Shown piece by piece: positions 62,006 to 64,000 of a DNA stretch of 64,000 nucleotides (position 1 is its first letter; each line of letters begins with the position of its first letter). The notes beneath the pieces are model-generated. The model was not told the DNA's origin. It worked only from the letters and a program-made list of their open reading frames with translations, and did not search any database. The stretch lies in NCBI GenBank assembly GCA_963764165.1, contig CAVXRD010000004.1, positions 288,001-352,000 on the forward strand, read 5' to 3'. The position numbers and the translations under genes were made by a program. This DNA is from an uncultured Verrucomicrobiae bacterium. GTDB lineage: Bacteria > Verrucomicrobiota > Verrucomicrobiia > Limisphaerales > Palsa-1400.

Positions 62006-62334
62006 AATATCTTCCCATGAAACACGCGCCAAAAGCCGCCGCAGCCCGCAAGCCCGGCTATCTCGAAGCGTGCCTCAAGCGCGGGCAAATTGTGACAATC
62101 AGAGGCGAGCAATATTTGCAAATGAGCGAAGCATCATTCGAGGCGCTTCGCCGCGAATTTTCTTTTGACGGTCGCGGCCTTGGCGACTTGGTCGAGAAGC
62201 TCGCCAAACCCGTCGCCAAAGCGCTGAAGCGCCCCTGCATCAAGCAGGACGGCACACTCAGGCCGGAAAGTGCCTGCGCCAAGCGAAGGAGGCTGCTCAA
62301 CAAATTAGTCCCATCCCTCCCATTCTTCACCTAA
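62002..62334 (+). CDS. Phage hypothetical protein
   Basis: RGLGDLVEKLAKPVAK...PC...CAKRRRLLN; ATGA coupling. Confidence 0.7.
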   Translation: MKYLPMKHAPKAAAARKPGYLEACLKRGQIVTIRGEQYLQMSEASFEALRREFSFDGRGLGDLVEKLAKPVAKALKRPCIKQDGTLRPESACAKRRRLLNKLVPSLPFFT

Positions 62335-62348
62335 CTCCCATCAAAATT

Positions 62349-63875
62349 ATGGCCGATTTCCAAGTAAAGATCACGACGCCAGCGCAATTTGAAGGCGCAA
62401 AAGCTCTCGCCGAGCAGCTCGAAAAGGACATCTACAAGGCGCAATTACTCGGCAAAGAATTCGCGGATTTGGAAGAACAGCAAAAGAGAGTCCAAGGCGC
62501 AATCGCCGGAGCCAGCGAAGAAGCGAAAAAAGGCGTGGACGGCCTGGAATTAAGCCACCGCGATCTAAAAGAATCCATGCGTGCCGTCAGCCAGGCCGCA
62601 GGCGGACTCGGCGAAGTGGGCTTGCTGCTGAGCGGCCCGACCGCCGTCGTGTTCGTCCTCGTGACCGCCTTCGAGAAATTGCAAGAGGCGATCAAAGAGG
62701 CGACCGAGGACGCGGTGGAATCTGCCCGCGCCATGCGTGAGTTCGACGCGACCAAAGTCGAGGCAGTTGCGGACGCCGCCCGCAACATGGCCACGGCCAT
62801 GCAGCAATACTTAACCGCGCAATCAGATGCCGCGCACGGCATCGCTGCCATGGTCGCCGCCGCCAGGCAACAATCGAACCAGCGGCTTGCGGAGATCAAC
62901 GCTGAAATCGACGCCACCAAACAGTTGAACGCGGCCCGCCAAAAATTGGCAGACGCCGAAGTAGATCGCATGGTGGAAATGGGCAGTATTTCAAGGGAAG
63001 AGGGAGAGCGCCGCAAGCACATGAACGAAGAGCAGAACAGCGCCGCCAATGCCAGTTTGGAAGCGCAAAAAAGGCAGGCCGCCATCGCCGAAGAAAAGCG
63101 CGAACTGGACGAAGCCAAAAAGCGACTGCCAACAGAACAGAGCGAATTGCAGGCTTCTTCTGACCGCGCCAATTCCAGCGCCGAGCAAGACCGGCTGCAG
63201 CATCAGGAGGACGAAGCCAAAAAGAAGGCGGAAGAAGCCAGAAAAAAAAGCGATGCAACGGCAGGCACTGCGCAGGTGGATCAAGAGCATCCGATTTGGG
63301 CCGTCGCCAAGGAAATGGCGACATTCGGCAACCGCAATTGGGGCCAGATTATGGCCGACGAAAAACGAGCGGCGGAAGCTCAAGCCAAATATGCCGATCT
63401 TCTTGAATCCCGCGCCAAATTCCTCGCCGAACAAATTGAAGAGGAAAAACGCCATCGCGAAGAAGCCAAGAAAAAGGCCGATGAACTGCAGGCGCAAATC
63501 ATCGCTGATCAAAAGACCGCCGCCACTTTGCCCAGCAAAATCGCGAGCGACCAGCGCATAGCCGCCACCCTCGCCGCCGCCGCTGCCGCCGCCAATCAGG
63601 CAGGCGCGCAAACCCACGCCACGCAGGAAGGCGCGGCCCACGATCAGCAGGTCAATCGAGCAACTGGATTAGATCAAGCCCGCCAGCAACTGGACAGCGC
63701 CCGAATCGGCGTGGAAGCGCATACAGAATCATCGCGCCACTTGGATGCCATGATTGAGGAATTCATGATGATGGCCCGCCATTTCCATGGCCGCCTTGCC
63801 ACCGCCGAAGCCAAATACGAGCAATACGCACAAGAAGCCCGCGAGTTGCGAAGCATGGTAATAAGTGGCCGATAA
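62349..63875 (+). CDS. Tape-measure-like coiled-coil protein
   Basis: MADFQVKITT start; Ala/Glu/Gln-rich coiled coil with one hydrophobic segment. Confidence 0.6.
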   Translation: MADFQVKITTPAQFEGAKALAEQLEKDIYKAQLLGKEFADLEEQQKRVQGAIAGASEEAKKGVDGLELSHRDLKESMRAVSQAAGGLGEVGLLLSGPTAVVFVLVTAFEKLQEAIKEATEDAVESARAMREFDATKVEAVADAARNMATAMQQYLTAQSDAAHGIAAMVAAARQQSNQRLAEINAEIDATKQLNAARQKLADAEVDRMVEMGSISREEGERRKHMNEEQNSAANASLEAQKRQAAIAEEKRELDEAKKRLPTEQSELQASSDRANSSAEQDRLQHQEDEAKKKAEEARKKSDATAGTAQVDQEHPIWAVAKEMATFGNRNWGQIMADEKRAAEAQAKYADLLESRAKFLAEQIEEEKRHREEAKKKADELQAQIIADQKTAATLPSKIASDQRIAATLAAAAAAANQAGAQTHATQEGAAHDQQVNRATGLDQARQQLDSARIGVEAHTESSRHLDAMIEEFMMMARHFHGRLATAEAKYEQYAQEARELRSMVISGR

Positions 63876-63941
63876 ACCACGTTGCAACATCGTTTCAACG
63901 CCGTTTTTTCGACGCTCGCCGCTACGGGCATTATTCCAATA

Positions 63942-63975
63942 GTGTCCCAAACCTTTGCACAACCGTCCCAAACCT
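63942..63975 (-). repeat. Prophage right-end putative transposase binding sites (two, tandem)
   Basis: GTGTCCCAAACCTTTGCACA and GTCCCAAACCT, reverse complements of the left-end sites. Confidence 0.85.
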
Positions 63976-64000
63976 CGCGCCGCATTACGTCGGGTGCCAG

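Noticed and set aside
54676..63975. Diversity-generating retroelement or Gin-type invertible tail cassette
   Set aside because: No reverse transcriptase, template/variable repeat pair, invertase or inverted crossover sites seen
63976..64000. Exact prophage right terminus and 5-bp target duplication
   Set aside because: The candidate CA near 63983 is followed by TTACG, which has no match before a TG at the left end; the window ends too soon to decide

Overview
A GC-rich bacterial chromosome segment. Gene content and dense palindromic repeats suggest Verrucomicrobia, which is inference only. Bases 1-22 kb are mostly housekeeping: a GlnE-like protein with degenerate catalytic motifs, coaX, hisD, an ECF sigma pair, purA and redoxins, plus a beta-propeller / HemN-like radical SAM / chorismate-lyase-like / flavin halogenase-like cluster. 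Bases 20-28.4 kb are accessory: a MITE, an IS5-family element, toxin-antitoxin remnants, two AT-richer membrane-protein genes, REP-like repeats and a DUF3631-like gene. Bases ~28.5-64 kb hold an apparently complete ~35.5 kb Mu-like transposable prophage bounded by inverted end repeats. It is atypical in several ways: a divergent pair of ribbon-helix-helix regulators with GTATATAC operators; variant transposase and MuB motifs; a class 3 lipase and lipoproteins where an endolysin is expected; an HK97-type head module with a portal-minor head fusion; signal-peptide-like segments on three late proteins, two of them Thr-Asn-rich; a tape-measure-like gene placed last; and host REP-like repeats inside it, some in frame. 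All family calls come from motif recognition by eye; no searches were run.
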